64,000 bases of DNA from Marinifilaceae bacterium (GCA_041846495.1 JBGZEX010000075.1:1238-65237), one strand, 5' to 3'; positions 9,751 to 19,312 are shown, counted from the stretch's first letter. Numbers and translations are program-made. Notes: generated by a model from the sequence alone, not told the origin.

Positions 9751-11187
9751 TTGATTTTTGAAAAACTTCCATATGACGCCTCTCGGCCGATTGCTATCGA
9801 TGATAAGGGCGATAAATTGACGACCGCCTCTTTGCAGGAGGTGACTGCCTCTTTGGAATCGATTGTCGGAGGGAATAAAGCCGTCGTTTTTTGTCTGGCA
9901 GAAAATTCCGTGGATTTTTTGGCCGGATATATCGCTTTTATGCGTTTGGGTATAGTGCCGGTTATGCTCGATTTATATAAACGGCATAGAATGCTGGATG
10001 CGTTGATGGAATGCTATCGGCCGGCTTATATATGGTTGCCGGCATCTTATGCGCCGGTTACGGGAGAGGGAGAATGTATATTTTCTTTTTTGTCTTACCG
10101 GCTTTATGCAATGCCCGGCTCTCATGTCCTGCAAAATGCGGATATTGCCGGAAATTTAGCTTTGTTGTTGACAACTTCGGGGAGTACGGGAAGCCCGAAA
10201 TTAGTACGCTTGAGTTATGAGAATGTATTGGCCAATGCCGAATCCATAGCCGAATATTTGAATATAAATGCGGAAGAACGTCCGGTGACTTCTTTGCCGA
10301 TGTTTTATTCCTACGGGCTTTCGGTCGTTCACAGTCATTTGTTGAGAGGGGCCACCCTTCTTTTGACCGATGAGCCGGTAGTTCAACGGAAGTTTTGGAA
10401 TTTCGTAAAAGAAATGCGGGCTACTTCCATGGCTGGAGTACCTTATACTTATGAAATATTGAAACGCCTGCGTATTTTTGATATGGATTTGCCGGATCTT
10501 AAAGTGTTTACTCAAGCCGGAGGAAAATTGAATGCGGAAGTGGTGAGGGAGTATATCGATTATGCGGAGCGGAACGGGAAGCGTTTTATCGTTATGTACG
10601 GACAAACGGAAGCTACTGCCCGTATGAGTTATTTGCCTTTCGAAAGGGCTGCGGAAAAATACCGGAGTATCGGTCACCCTATTCCGGGAGGACGTTTCCG
10701 GCTTGTGGATGAGGAAGGTAGGAATATAGAGGGAAGCGGAATCGATGGGGAATTGGTATACGAGGGTCCCAATGTTTCATTGGGATATGCCGAAACTCCG
10801 GAGGATTTGTCTAAAGGAGACGAAAATAACGGAGTGCTGTATACCGGAGATATTGCCCGGAGAGACGATGAGGGGTTCTATTATATAACGGGACGTAAGA
10901 AACGTTTTGTTAAAATTTTCGGAAACAGAGTGAATTTGGATGCTGTGGAACAAATGGTGAAAGAAATTACGCTTTCTACGGCTTGTATAGGAGTCGATGA
11001 TAAAATTACCGTATTTATTACCGATGCTGATAAAAGACAAGAGGTGGCGGATATGTTGAGGGAACGTACCGGTTGGCAGCATGTATTCGATGTCCTCGTC
11101 ATTGAAGAAATTCCCAAGAATACTTCCGGTAAAATACAATATACGGCACTTTACGATTGTTCGAAAGGAAATGACGGAAATGGATGA
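9751..11187 (+). CDS. AMP-dependent (ANL) acyl ligase / adenylating enzyme
   Basis: 478 aa. TTG start. Core motifs LLLTTSGSTGSPK, YGQTEA, YTGDIARRDDEGFYYITGRKK, PKNTSGKIQY. Confidence 0.85.
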   Translation: MIFEKLPYDASRPIAIDDKGDKLTTASLQEVTASLESIVGGNKAVVFCLAENSVDFLAGYIAFMRLGIVPVMLDLYKRHRMLDALMECYRPAYIWLPASYAPVTGEGECIFSFLSYRLYAMPGSHVLQNADIAGNLALLLTTSGSTGSPKLVRLSYENVLANAESIAEYLNINAEERPVTSLPMFYSYGLSVVHSHLLRGATLLLTDEPVVQRKFWNFVKEMRATSMAGVPYTYEILKRLRIFDMDLPDLKVFTQAGGKLNAEVVREYIDYAERNGKRFIVMYGQTEATARMSYLPFERAAEKYRSIGHPIPGGRFRLVDEEGRNIEGSGIDGELVYEGPNVSLGYAETPEDLSKGDENNGVLYTGDIARRDDEGFYYITGRKKRFVKIFGNRVNLDAVEQMVKEITLSTACIGVDDKITVFITDADKRQEVADMLRERTGWQHVFDVLVIEEIPKNTSGKIQYTALYDCSKGNDGNG

Positions 11188-12262
11188 CATATTCGGAATA
11201 CCGCCTTACGGATGGGGGAAGGAGGTAAAACGCCGCTTTTTCAATCGGCGTCTCAGATCGCTGACTGCCCGTCATTATGAGAACTGCGAGGCTTATAAGA
11301 GGATATTGGATGCTTTCGGATTCGATGTAAACGGGAATTACGAATATGAAGATATACCTTTTCTACCGGTACGTTTGTTTAAAGAATACGAACTGAGGAG
11401 TGTGGATAAAGGAGATGTGGTGAAGGCTCTTACTTCCTCGGGGACTTCCGGACAAAAAGTTTCCCGGATTTTTTTGGATAGGACGACTTCCATGGCGGAG
11501 ACGAAAGCACTTTCGCGTATACTGACTTCTTTTATAGGAAAGATGCGATTGCCCATGCTTGTTATAGATTCCGATACGGTGCTCGGAAACAGGAATATAC
11601 ATTCCGCCCGGGCTGCGGGAATATTGGGATTTTCAATATTTGCTTCCGATAAACTTTTCGCATTGGATGAGAATATGCAGCTTAAAACGAATGAAGTGAG
11701 AAGTTTTTTGGAAAAACATAAGGGAGAGCGTATTTTGATTTTCGGTTTTACCTTTATGATATGGCAGTATTTCCATCAGAAAATTTTGCAAATGGATTAT
11801 AAACCGGATTTATCCGGAGCTGTTTTGATTCATGGCGGAGGTTGGAAAAAACTTGAAGCGGAGTCCGTATCTTCGGACGATTTTAAAAAGGCTCTTAACA
11901 ATGCTTGCGGAGTAGAGACTTCTTGCATACACGATTACTACGGAATGGCGGAACAGGCGGGAGCTATTTGTATGGAATGCGAATACGGTTATTTGCACAC
12001 CTCGGTTTTCTCGGATATTATCGTACGTCGTTCCGACGATTTTACTCCGGCAACCTGTGGAGAGCCGGGAATTATAGAAACGGTGTCCCTCCTGCCGGAA
12101 AGTTATCCCGGACATGTATTGTTGACCGAGGATACGGGATATATTGCCGGAGAAGACGATTGCCCCTGCGGTAGATTGGGAAAATATTTTAAGATACGGG
12201 GACGATTGAGAAATGCCGAATTAAGAGGATGTAGCGATACTTATGCAGCAGGAATTCGATAA
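11171..12262 (+). CDS. LuxE-like acyl-protein synthetase
   Basis: IPFLPVRLFKEYEL and TSSGTSGQKVSRIF motifs. The start is placed at ATG 11171 (MTEMDD), overlapping the ligase stop by 17 nt. The ORF track begins at 11081. Confidence 0.7.
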   Translation: MTEMDDIFGIPPYGWGKEVKRRFFNRRLRSLTARHYENCEAYKRILDAFGFDVNGNYEYEDIPFLPVRLFKEYELRSVDKGDVVKALTSSGTSGQKVSRIFLDRTTSMAETKALSRILTSFIGKMRLPMLVIDSDTVLGNRNIHSARAAGILGFSIFASDKLFALDENMQLKTNEVRSFLEKHKGERILIFGFTFMIWQYFHQKILQMDYKPDLSGAVLIHGGGWKKLEAESVSSDDFKKALNNACGVETSCIHDYYGMAEQAGAICMECEYGYLHTSVFSDIIVRRSDDFTPATCGEPGIIETVSLLPESYPGHVLLTEDTGYIAGEDDCPCGRLGKYFKIRGRLRNAELRGCSDTYAAGIR

Positions 12263-13448
12263 TATGGAGTATGTATTTCCTTCTTCCGTCGACTGGGAGG
12301 AATGGAAAGAATGCAGAGCTTTTATGCCTTTTGAAGAGGAGGTTGTCGATTTTTTGAATGCCCTTTCCGTTTCCTTATTCAAGGATCCGGAAATAAGGCG
12401 TTATAGGGATGTTGTCGCTTTTGCATTTTTTTGCAGAAGGGCGAATATACTTTCTTATAAGCAGGAAAACGGAGATTCCGGGATACGTCTGGGGCGGGGT
12501 CTGGTTTTCCATGTTGCGGCATCCAATGTTCCGATGAATTTTGCCTATTCCCTGACAGCCGGATTATTGGGTGGAAATTACAATATCGTACGTCTGCCTT
12601 CCCGCCGTTTCGAACAGGCGGATATGCTTGTTCGTCACATTCGCCGGTTGTCGGGGAATGCCCCGTATAAGGATGTAGCAAAGCGTATAGCCCTTGTGAG
12701 ATATGATAAGGCGGATGCCGCAACGGCTTTTTTTTCTTCTTTTTGCGATGTGCGGATTGTATGGGGTGGAGACGAAACCGTACGTAGAATACGTGAACTG
12801 CCCATTCCGCCGCGGTCTTTCGATTTGAGTTTTGCCGATCGTTATTCTCTTGCAATTTTCCGTATCGTATCCTTGCCCGATGAAAAGGAGATAAGGCGTA
12901 TAGCGTCCGGTTTTTATAACGACACCTATGTTTTCGATCAGAATGCCTGTTCTTCCCCTCATCTCGTGATATGGACGGGAGATAAAGGGAATGTGGAGAA
13001 AATGAGGTATTTGTTTTGGAAAGCTTTATATGAGGAGGTCGAAAATAAATATGAGTTCCATCCGATCCTGGCGATAGATAAATTGACGGCTTTATGCCGG
13101 CAAGCGATAGAAATGCCTGTTCGAAAAACGGGTGAGTACGGAAATAAATTAGTAAGGGTGGAACTTGAAAGATTGAAGGAGGATGTCGATAGGTTTCGTT
13201 CGGCCGGCGGATATTTTTCGGAATATTATGCCGGAACGCCGGACGAAATTGTTCCGATGGTCAAGCGCTCCTATCAAACTTTGGTTTATTATGGATTCGA
13301 ATCCGAGGAATTGGCCGATTTCATAAAGAAAAATCGATTGCCGGGAATAGATCGCATCGTTCCGGTAGGGACGGCTTCCGATTTCCGATTTATATGGGAT
13401 GGGTACGATTTGCCGGCTTTATTGTCTCGAATATGCGATTTGAGATAA
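12243..13448 (+). CDS. LuxC-like acyl-CoA/acyl-protein reductase
   Basis: 401 aa. HVAASNVPMNFAYSL and FDQNACSSPHLVIW (putative catalytic Cys). An alternative ATG at 12264 lies 1 nt after the LuxE-like stop. Confidence 0.7.
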   Translation: MQQEFDNMEYVFPSSVDWEEWKECRAFMPFEEEVVDFLNALSVSLFKDPEIRRYRDVVAFAFFCRRANILSYKQENGDSGIRLGRGLVFHVAASNVPMNFAYSLTAGLLGGNYNIVRLPSRRFEQADMLVRHIRRLSGNAPYKDVAKRIALVRYDKADAATAFFSSFCDVRIVWGGDETVRRIRELPIPPRSFDLSFADRYSLAIFRIVSLPDEKEIRRIASGFYNDTYVFDQNACSSPHLVIWTGDKGNVEKMRYLFWKALYEEVENKYEFHPILAIDKLTALCRQAIEMPVRKTGEYGNKLVRVELERLKEDVDRFRSAGGYFSEYYAGTPDEIVPMVKRSYQTLVYYGFESEELADFIKKNRLPGIDRIVPVGTASDFRFIWDGYDLPALLSRICDLR

Positions 13449-13467
13449 GTTATTGTAAGAAGAGGTT

Positions 13468-14565
13468 ATGTTCAAACATATATTTACTTTTATAAAAGCC
13501 GTAGCCGTATTGGTTCATATACTGATTGGCCTGTGTTTTATCGTTTCGGCTTATAGTTATGTTTTTGATCCGAGATTATGTTGGGGACTGCCTTCCTCGG
13601 GACTTTTGTTTCCGGTCTTTCTTTTATTGGAGATTTGTTTTTTTATATTTTGGTTGGTCGTAAAAAAAAGGAATATGTGGATTTCCGTCGTTGCCGTTTT
13701 GCTTTGTTACGGACCTGTCCGTACTTTTTTCCCGCTTCATTTATGGGGAGATAAGACACCCCTCGGAGCCATAAAAATTTTATCCTACAATGTTATGGGA
13801 TGCGGAGCCGGTATCAGAGATACGACGGAATACAAAAATCCGGTGCTTAAATATATTATTGAAAGCGGAGCGGATATCGTTTGTATGCAGGAGTTCCATT
13901 TTTGGGGAGGAAGTAAACGTTTGAGTTTTTCGGAAGCCGATACGATTTTAAAAAAGAAATATCCCTATGCTTCGATTACGGATATAAAGGGAGGGAATAC
14001 CTTGGCATGTTATTCGAAATTCCCTATTTTAGAAACATTCCCTATAAAAATGTATACTAAAATGCAAAATGGGGCGGTAGGATACCGTATAGCTTGTGAA
14101 AAAGAGATTATCGTGATAAACAATCATTTGGAATCGAATCGGATTACTTATGCCGATAAGGTCGTTTATACGGAAGTTTTGCATGGCGTTGCGGATAGGG
14201 ATAAGGTTAAAGAAGTGGTGAAACGTTTGGGTATTAAGGTGAGCGAGGCTTCGAAGATACGGGCGGAACAGGCTGATAGTATAGCTGAAATCATAAGCGG
14301 GTTGGAAGGAGAGCGAATAATCGTATGCGGGGATTTTAACGATATTTCCCTGTCGTATTCTTATCGTAAAATAAGAGGTAAATTTCGAGATGCTTTTGTC
14401 GATACGGGTTTGGGATGTGGAATTTCGTTCAATCGGGATTATTTTTGGGTAAAAATTGACCATATTCTTTATGGGAATGGATTTAAAGCGTATAATTGCA
14501 ATGTCGATAAAAAAATCGATTTTTCGGATCATTACCCCATTTATTCGTCGTTTGTCCTGTTATGA
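13468..14565 (+). CDS. Membrane-anchored endonuclease/exonuclease/phosphatase (EEP) family protein
   Basis: 365 aa. About 90 aa of N-terminal TM helices, then an EEP-like domain (ILSYNV.., CMQE, C-terminal SDHYPI). Confidence 0.7.
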   Translation: MFKHIFTFIKAVAVLVHILIGLCFIVSAYSYVFDPRLCWGLPSSGLLFPVFLLLEICFFIFWLVVKKRNMWISVVAVLLCYGPVRTFFPLHLWGDKTPLGAIKILSYNVMGCGAGIRDTTEYKNPVLKYIIESGADIVCMQEFHFWGGSKRLSFSEADTILKKKYPYASITDIKGGNTLACYSKFPILETFPIKMYTKMQNGAVGYRIACEKEIIVINNHLESNRITYADKVVYTEVLHGVADRDKVKEVVKRLGIKVSEASKIRAEQADSIAEIISGLEGERIIVCGDFNDISLSYSYRKIRGKFRDAFVDTGLGCGISFNRDYFWVKIDHILYGNGFKAYNCNVDKKIDFSDHYPIYSSFVLL

Positions 14566-14723
14566 GGAGGCGAAATTATATGCGGTTATGAGAAAACTCG
14601 GTTTTTTTTCGCATGATGGCATATTTATTGTTAATTAAAAGCGTATGTATGCTAAATTTAATTATTTATTTTATGATATTGAAAAAATAGTAAAGATTCT
14701 TCTTTAAATTAGATAATTAAAAT

Positions 14724-14731
14724 TATCTTTG
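14724..14731 (+). promoter_or_regulatory. Bacteroidota -7 promoter element (TAnnTTTG)
   Basis: tatctttg, 76 nt upstream of the OmpA-family ATG. Confidence 0.5.
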
Positions 14732-14806
14732 TACAAATTGCTGTCATTAGCCGTCAGGTGTAGGCATGAAATTTGGAGAGATTATTGTTAAATTAAAAAG
14801 AAAGTT

Positions 14807-15934
14807 ATGAAAAAAGGATTGTTATTGATTGTATTGGCGATATTTTCTTATGGAGTTGCTAATGCACAGAAAACGGAAGAAAAACTGCCCGGTTACAGGA
14901 CATCATTTCAGGCGAATTCGTTTTGGGAAAATTGGTTTATAAGCGGAGGAGCCGGTTCTCAAGTTTTGTTTGCTGAAAGTTGTAAACATGCGGATTTCTT
15001 AAACCGTATGACTTTGGTCGGTTCTCTCTCCGTAGGTAAATGGTTTGCTCCCTGGTGGGGTGCCCGTTTGCAGTTTAATGGAGGAACTCTTCACGGTTTC
15101 CGGAATAAGGCGACTAAAATGGTTTCTATGCCTTATATAGGAGCTCATGCCGATTTTATGTTCGGGTTGCTTAATTTCTTCGCTCCTTACCGGGAAAATA
15201 CGGGATTTGATATCGTTCCCTTTGTCGGTGTAGGAGGACAATTTTATGATAATGAAGGAAAATGGAAAGATATTAAGGAAAAGACGTTGACGATCAATGC
15301 CGGAGCACAGTTCAAATACGATTTCTGTAAAAACTTCGGAGCATGGATTGAACTTCAGGGAGTTATTGCCGATGACGGGTATATTGTAAGAGGAGGACGC
15401 GATTATGATGGAATTGCTCATTTGACCGGAGGTATAACCTATTATTTCGGTAAGGGCAATGAGTTTGTGAAAGCCATAGATGCGGAAGAATACAATTTGT
15501 TGAAACGTCAAAACGGTGATTTGATAGATGAAATTACCGCTTTGAGAAATCGTAAGCCCGAAGTAAGGGAAGTGGTTAAGGAAGTGGTAAAGGATAATAC
15601 CGTTTACAAATCGGTTCCTACGACTATTTCTTTCTTGTTTAACAGTGCGGTTATTCAGCCTTTGCAGAAATCTTCAATATTCAATATTGCCGATTTCTTG
15701 AAAAATAACGGTAATGCCAAGATTCGTCTCTCCGGTTATGCCGATAAGGTTGGTGGAGTAGTCGTTAACCGCAAACTGTCTGAAAAACGTGCTAAGGCCG
15801 TTGCTAACGAGTTGATCAAGACTTACGGAATCGATGCCGATCGTATTATCGTTGAATTCTTCGGTAAAGATAAGGCTTATTACGGAAAAGATAATAAGTG
15901 GAATCGTTGCGTAGTTGTTGAAGTTGTTCAATAA
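14807..15934 (+). CDS. OmpA family outer-membrane protein (N-terminal beta-barrel plus C-terminal OmpA/peptidoglycan-binding domain)
   Basis: 375 aa. Signal peptide ..GVANAQ. C-terminal LSGYADKVGG..NRKLSEKRAKAV motif. Confidence 0.85.
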   Translation: MKKGLLLIVLAIFSYGVANAQKTEEKLPGYRTSFQANSFWENWFISGGAGSQVLFAESCKHADFLNRMTLVGSLSVGKWFAPWWGARLQFNGGTLHGFRNKATKMVSMPYIGAHADFMFGLLNFFAPYRENTGFDIVPFVGVGGQFYDNEGKWKDIKEKTLTINAGAQFKYDFCKNFGAWIELQGVIADDGYIVRGGRDYDGIAHLTGGITYYFGKGNEFVKAIDAEEYNLLKRQNGDLIDEITALRNRKPEVREVVKEVVKDNTVYKSVPTTISFLFNSAVIQPLQKSSIFNIADFLKNNGNAKIRLSGYADKVGGVVVNRKLSEKRAKAVANELIKTYGIDADRIIVEFFGKDKAYYGKDNKWNRCVVVEVVQ

Positions 15935-15954
15935 TTAATGAATATGAATTTTAT

Positions 15955-15986
15955 AAAAAGGTGTCTTTTATAGACACCTTTTTTTA
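15955..15986 (+). terminator. Rho-independent terminator
   Basis: 8-bp stem aggtgtct/agacacct (15959-15966 / 15972-15979), 5-nt loop, then a T-run. Confidence 0.8.
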
Positions 15987-15997
15987 ATTAAAAGAAT

Positions 15998-16573
15998 ATG
16001 AAAAAAATAATATTGATTTTTTTGTTTTTAGGAAGTTATTTATGGAGTTCCGCCCAGGGGAATATTGCTTTGGAGCGTACCGGAAATTGGTTCGCAGGAA
16101 TTCATATGGGAGCATTGGCGTTTTTCGCTGAAGGTTACGGTGATAAGTCTATGGGAGATGTTACTTCTTTTTCTATGGGATTTACAGGCGGGAATTGGAT
16201 TAAATCGTGGATGTGCCTTAGGGTGAAAGGAGCGTATAATTCCTTAAACGGGTATGAGGAAGGGAATAAGGATAAAAATTATCGCGGTTTTTTGTTGCAT
16301 ACGGATGTTATGTTCGGAATGTTCGATTTGCTTGGCGACCGTCCCGACAATCGTTTTGAAGTTTTGCCTTTTGTAGGCTTGGGCGGCTTTTTCGGTGGTA
16401 CATCATCTTATGCTCTAATCGGAGGGGTTCAATTGCTCTACTCTCTTACGGAAGTAATCGATCTCGATATGGAGTGGCAAGGTGCCGTATATAACGATAA
16501 GTTCGTTGAAAAAGGAGGTTTTGGACATGACGGGGCGATGACTCTTTCTTTAGGTATATCCTATAGATTTTGA
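15998..16573 (+). CDS. Outer-membrane beta-barrel protein (barrel-only paralogue of the preceding OmpA N-domain)
   Basis: 191 aa. Signal peptide. Segments align by eye with the upstream barrel (HTDVMFGMFDLL.. vs HADFMFGLLNFF..; VLPFVGLGG vs IVPFVGVGG). Terminal ..GISYRF. Confidence 0.65.
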   Translation: MKKIILIFLFLGSYLWSSAQGNIALERTGNWFAGIHMGALAFFAEGYGDKSMGDVTSFSMGFTGGNWIKSWMCLRVKGAYNSLNGYEEGNKDKNYRGFLLHTDVMFGMFDLLGDRPDNRFEVLPFVGLGGFFGGTSSYALIGGVQLLYSLTEVIDLDMEWQGAVYNDKFVEKGGFGHDGAMTLSLGISYRF

Positions 16574-16590
16574 AATTGTCGATCTATTGA

Positions 16591-16620
16591 GAAAGGCAGC
16601 TTGAGGGCTGCCTTTCTTTT
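16591..16620. terminator. Bidirectional rho-independent terminator between convergent genes
   Basis: aaaggcagc/gctgccttt stem flanked by A-run and T-run. Sits between the barrel gene (+) and cydB (-). Confidence 0.75.
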
Positions 16621-17731
16621 AATATTTATGTTCTTCTTTTTCGAGTTCCGATGTTGTTATCGGTTTTTTGGTAAGTGCTTTCCATGCATACCATATATAG
16701 CTCAATATAAAGGGAATTACGATGGATACATAGGCCATCGTTTTTAGAGTGTATTCGGAGGAAGAGGCGTTTTGAACGGTCAAAGACGATTGGATATCGG
16801 TCGAGGAGGGATAAAACGCTGTCCCGTTAAAGCCTGCAATGAGGAATAGGGCGGCGATGCCGATCACCGTTCCCGTTCCGGCAAACCATATTCCTTTTCT
16901 CCATGTCTTATGGAATACGGATTTTAAACTTCCGAAAATTATGCCGCTTATGCCTGTGAGGAAGAGAATCGTATTCAGCGGCATTTCGATAAGATTGCGG
17001 GCATATTTGAAGCGAACGAGTTCCACATGGCCTTCCGGATCCACGGCATAGCCTTTACCGGTGAAAATAATGACAAGAAATACCGAAAAACTAAGCAGAA
17101 AAAATAAAAATTGCGACTTTAAAGTTTTACGGCTTCTATCTCTGATGGGGCCGTCGCCTATGGCGTTTATAAAGAAGAGCAAGCCGAGTATTCTGCTTAG
17201 AAAGAATACGGCAAAGGCCATAAGGTAGTTTGTAAATACGAATAATGCATCCAATCCCCTGAAAGGAGTGTCCCAACGTACATTCATTTTTTCCCCTATG
17301 CTGAAGGGAGAACCCGTAAAAAATGTGGATACGGCTGCTCCTATAAGAATAGGGGCTAATACGCCGTTGATGATGAGGAATGTTTCATAACAACGTTTTC
17401 CCAACCAATTACCGGCTTTTGTCCGGAATTCGAAAGAAACGGCTTGTACGACGAAGGTGAAAAGCAAGAGAATCCAAACGGCATAGGCTCCTCCGAAACT
17501 GGTAGCATAAAAAAGCGGGAAAGCGGCAAAAAAAGCCCCTCCGAATACGACCAAAGTCGTAAATGTGAATTCCCATTTACGTCCTAATACATTGATGATA
17601 AGGTCTTTTTCGTCTTCGTTTTTCCCGATGCGGTACAACAGACTTTGGCCTCCCTGTACGAAAAGAAGAAATACTAAAAGTCCGGCTAATACGGATATGA
17701 TAATCCACCAGTAATATTGTAAAAATTCCAT
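16619..17731 (-). CDS. cydB: Cytochrome bd ubiquinol/menaquinol oxidase subunit II
   Basis: 370 aa polytopic membrane protein directly downstream of cydA. Typical CydB N-terminus (YWWIIISVLAGLLVFLLFVQGGQ). Confidence 0.9.
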   Translation of the reverse strand: MEFLQYYWWIIISVLAGLLVFLLFVQGGQSLLYRIGKNEDEKDLIINVLGRKWEFTFTTLVVFGGAFFAAFPLFYATSFGGAYAVWILLLFTFVVQAVSFEFRTKAGNWLGKRCYETFLIINGVLAPILIGAAVSTFFTGSPFSIGEKMNVRWDTPFRGLDALFVFTNYLMAFAVFFLSRILGLLFFINAIGDGPIRDRSRKTLKSQFLFFLLSFSVFLVIIFTGKGYAVDPEGHVELVRFKYARNLIEMPLNTILFLTGISGIIFGSLKSVFHKTWRKGIWFAGTGTVIGIAALFLIAGFNGTAFYPSSTDIQSSLTVQNASSSEYTLKTMAYVSIVIPFILSYIWYAWKALTKKPITTSELEKEEHKY

Positions 17732-17743
17732 AAGGATGTTTTT

Positions 17744-19306
17744 TTAATTGGACATATCGGTTTCTTGCGGCCCTTTTTTGATTTGGGCGAATAAAATTTT
17801 GAGTTCCGCTATTAAAAGTACGGTGAAAAGCAGAGCGAACATCCAGAAGGTGGCGATTACCCATCCGGACAGGATTTCGGTTACGGCAACCCGTGTCGGC
17901 AGCAGGTCTTTTACAACCCATGGTTGTCGTCCGACTTCCGCCACAACCCATCCGCATTGGGAAGCTATATAAGCCAAGGGTATGCATACGATGGCCAAGT
18001 AATGAAGGAATCTGAATTTCTTTTCGTCCTTTTTACGGGCATACAGGAAGGACAATACGAATAGGACTAAAAATAAGAATCCGCATCCCACCATAATCCG
18101 AAAACTGTAAAATATTAAAGGAATATGAGGTATGGTTTCGTATTCGGATTCTAAATATCCGTATCCTAAGTCTTTATAATTATCCTTGAATTTCGTTAAT
18201 GCGGAAGCGGCCTCGATTTCATTTTTATTTTTAACGGCTTCTTTGTATTCCGCTAATGCAGAAATAGCGATTTTCCCGTTTTTCATACGTTCTTCTACGG
18301 AGGGAATTTTTTCTCCTTTATGATCGATATAGCCGTCGATTATATCTTTCACTCCGGGGACGAAGGATTCGGAGTCCCTAAAGGCCATAAATGATAACAT
18401 TTTGGGAATCTTTATTTCGAATTTTATATCTCTCATCCCCGGATAGGCCGGGTTTTGGGATTCTTCGAGCAGACCGAAGACCGTAAGTCCTTGCGAATTT
18501 CCGCCTTTGTTGAGCCCTTCCATGGCAGCCAATTTCATAGGTTGTGTTTTTGCAATATCGTTAGCTCCCGTGTCGCCTGTGAGTATCGTTACGATAATGC
18601 TGAAGAAACCGAAAATACTTGCCAAGCTTATACTTTTGAAAGCAAAATCGAGATGTCGGCGTTTGAGGATATACCATCCGCTTATACCGATTACGACGCA
18701 GGCGGAGAGAGTGTAGGCCGAGGTTACCGTGTGGAAGAATTTGCTCATGGCCGTAGGCGAAAGCAGGATTGCCCAAAAATCTTCCATTTCGTTGCGGGCC
18801 AATAACGGATTGAATGTCATTCCGACGGGATTCTGCATCCAGGCATTGGCGACGAGTATCCATAAGGCGGATATGTTCGAGCCGATAAAAACCAACCATG
18901 TGGATATGAGATGGAATCGACGGCTTACCTTCTTCCAGCCGAAAAACATTACGGCTACGAACGTAGACTCCAAGAAGAAAGCAAGAATGCCTTCGATGGC
19001 AAGGGGAGCTCCGAAAATATCCCCTACGAACCAGGAATAATTGGACCAGTTGGAGCCGAATTGAAATTCCAAAATCAATCCGGTTGCAACTCCTATGGCG
19101 AAGTTTATACCGAATATCTTCATCCAGAATTTCGTGGCATTCAGCCAGGATTCGTCCCGGGTTTTCACCCAAACGGTTTCCATTACGGCCATGATAAACG
19201 ATAACCCCAAAGTCAGGGGAACAAAAAGATAGTGATAAAATGCGGTAAGTGCAAATTGTGCTCTCGACCATTCCACCAAAGACACGGATAGGGATTCTGT
19301 TATCAT
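17744..19306 (-). CDS. cydA: Cytochrome bd oxidase subunit I
   Basis: 520 aa. SRAQFALTAFYHYLFVPLTLG N-terminus, Q-loop region, EVGRQPWVV motif. Confidence 0.92.
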   Translation of the reverse strand: MITESLSVSLVEWSRAQFALTAFYHYLFVPLTLGLSFIMAVMETVWVKTRDESWLNATKFWMKIFGINFAIGVATGLILEFQFGSNWSNYSWFVGDIFGAPLAIEGILAFFLESTFVAVMFFGWKKVSRRFHLISTWLVFIGSNISALWILVANAWMQNPVGMTFNPLLARNEMEDFWAILLSPTAMSKFFHTVTSAYTLSACVVIGISGWYILKRRHLDFAFKSISLASIFGFFSIIVTILTGDTGANDIAKTQPMKLAAMEGLNKGGNSQGLTVFGLLEESQNPAYPGMRDIKFEIKIPKMLSFMAFRDSESFVPGVKDIIDGYIDHKGEKIPSVEERMKNGKIAISALAEYKEAVKNKNEIEAASALTKFKDNYKDLGYGYLESEYETIPHIPLIFYSFRIMVGCGFLFLVLFVLSFLYARKKDEKKFRFLHYLAIVCIPLAYIASQCGWVVAEVGRQPWVVKDLLPTRVAVTEILSGWVIATFWMFALLFTVLLIAELKILFAQIKKGPQETDMSN

Positions 19307-19312
19307 AACGAA

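Noticed and set aside
11081-11170. 30-codon N-terminal extension of the LuxE-like ORF
   Set aside because: It lies wholly inside the 3' end of the ligase gene. The ATG at 11171 gives the usual short overlap seen throughout this operon.
17577-17987. 136-aa minus-strand ORF bridging the cydA/cydB junction
   Set aside because: It is an out-of-frame overlap of two strongly supported oxidase subunit genes, with an Arg-rich shadow composition.
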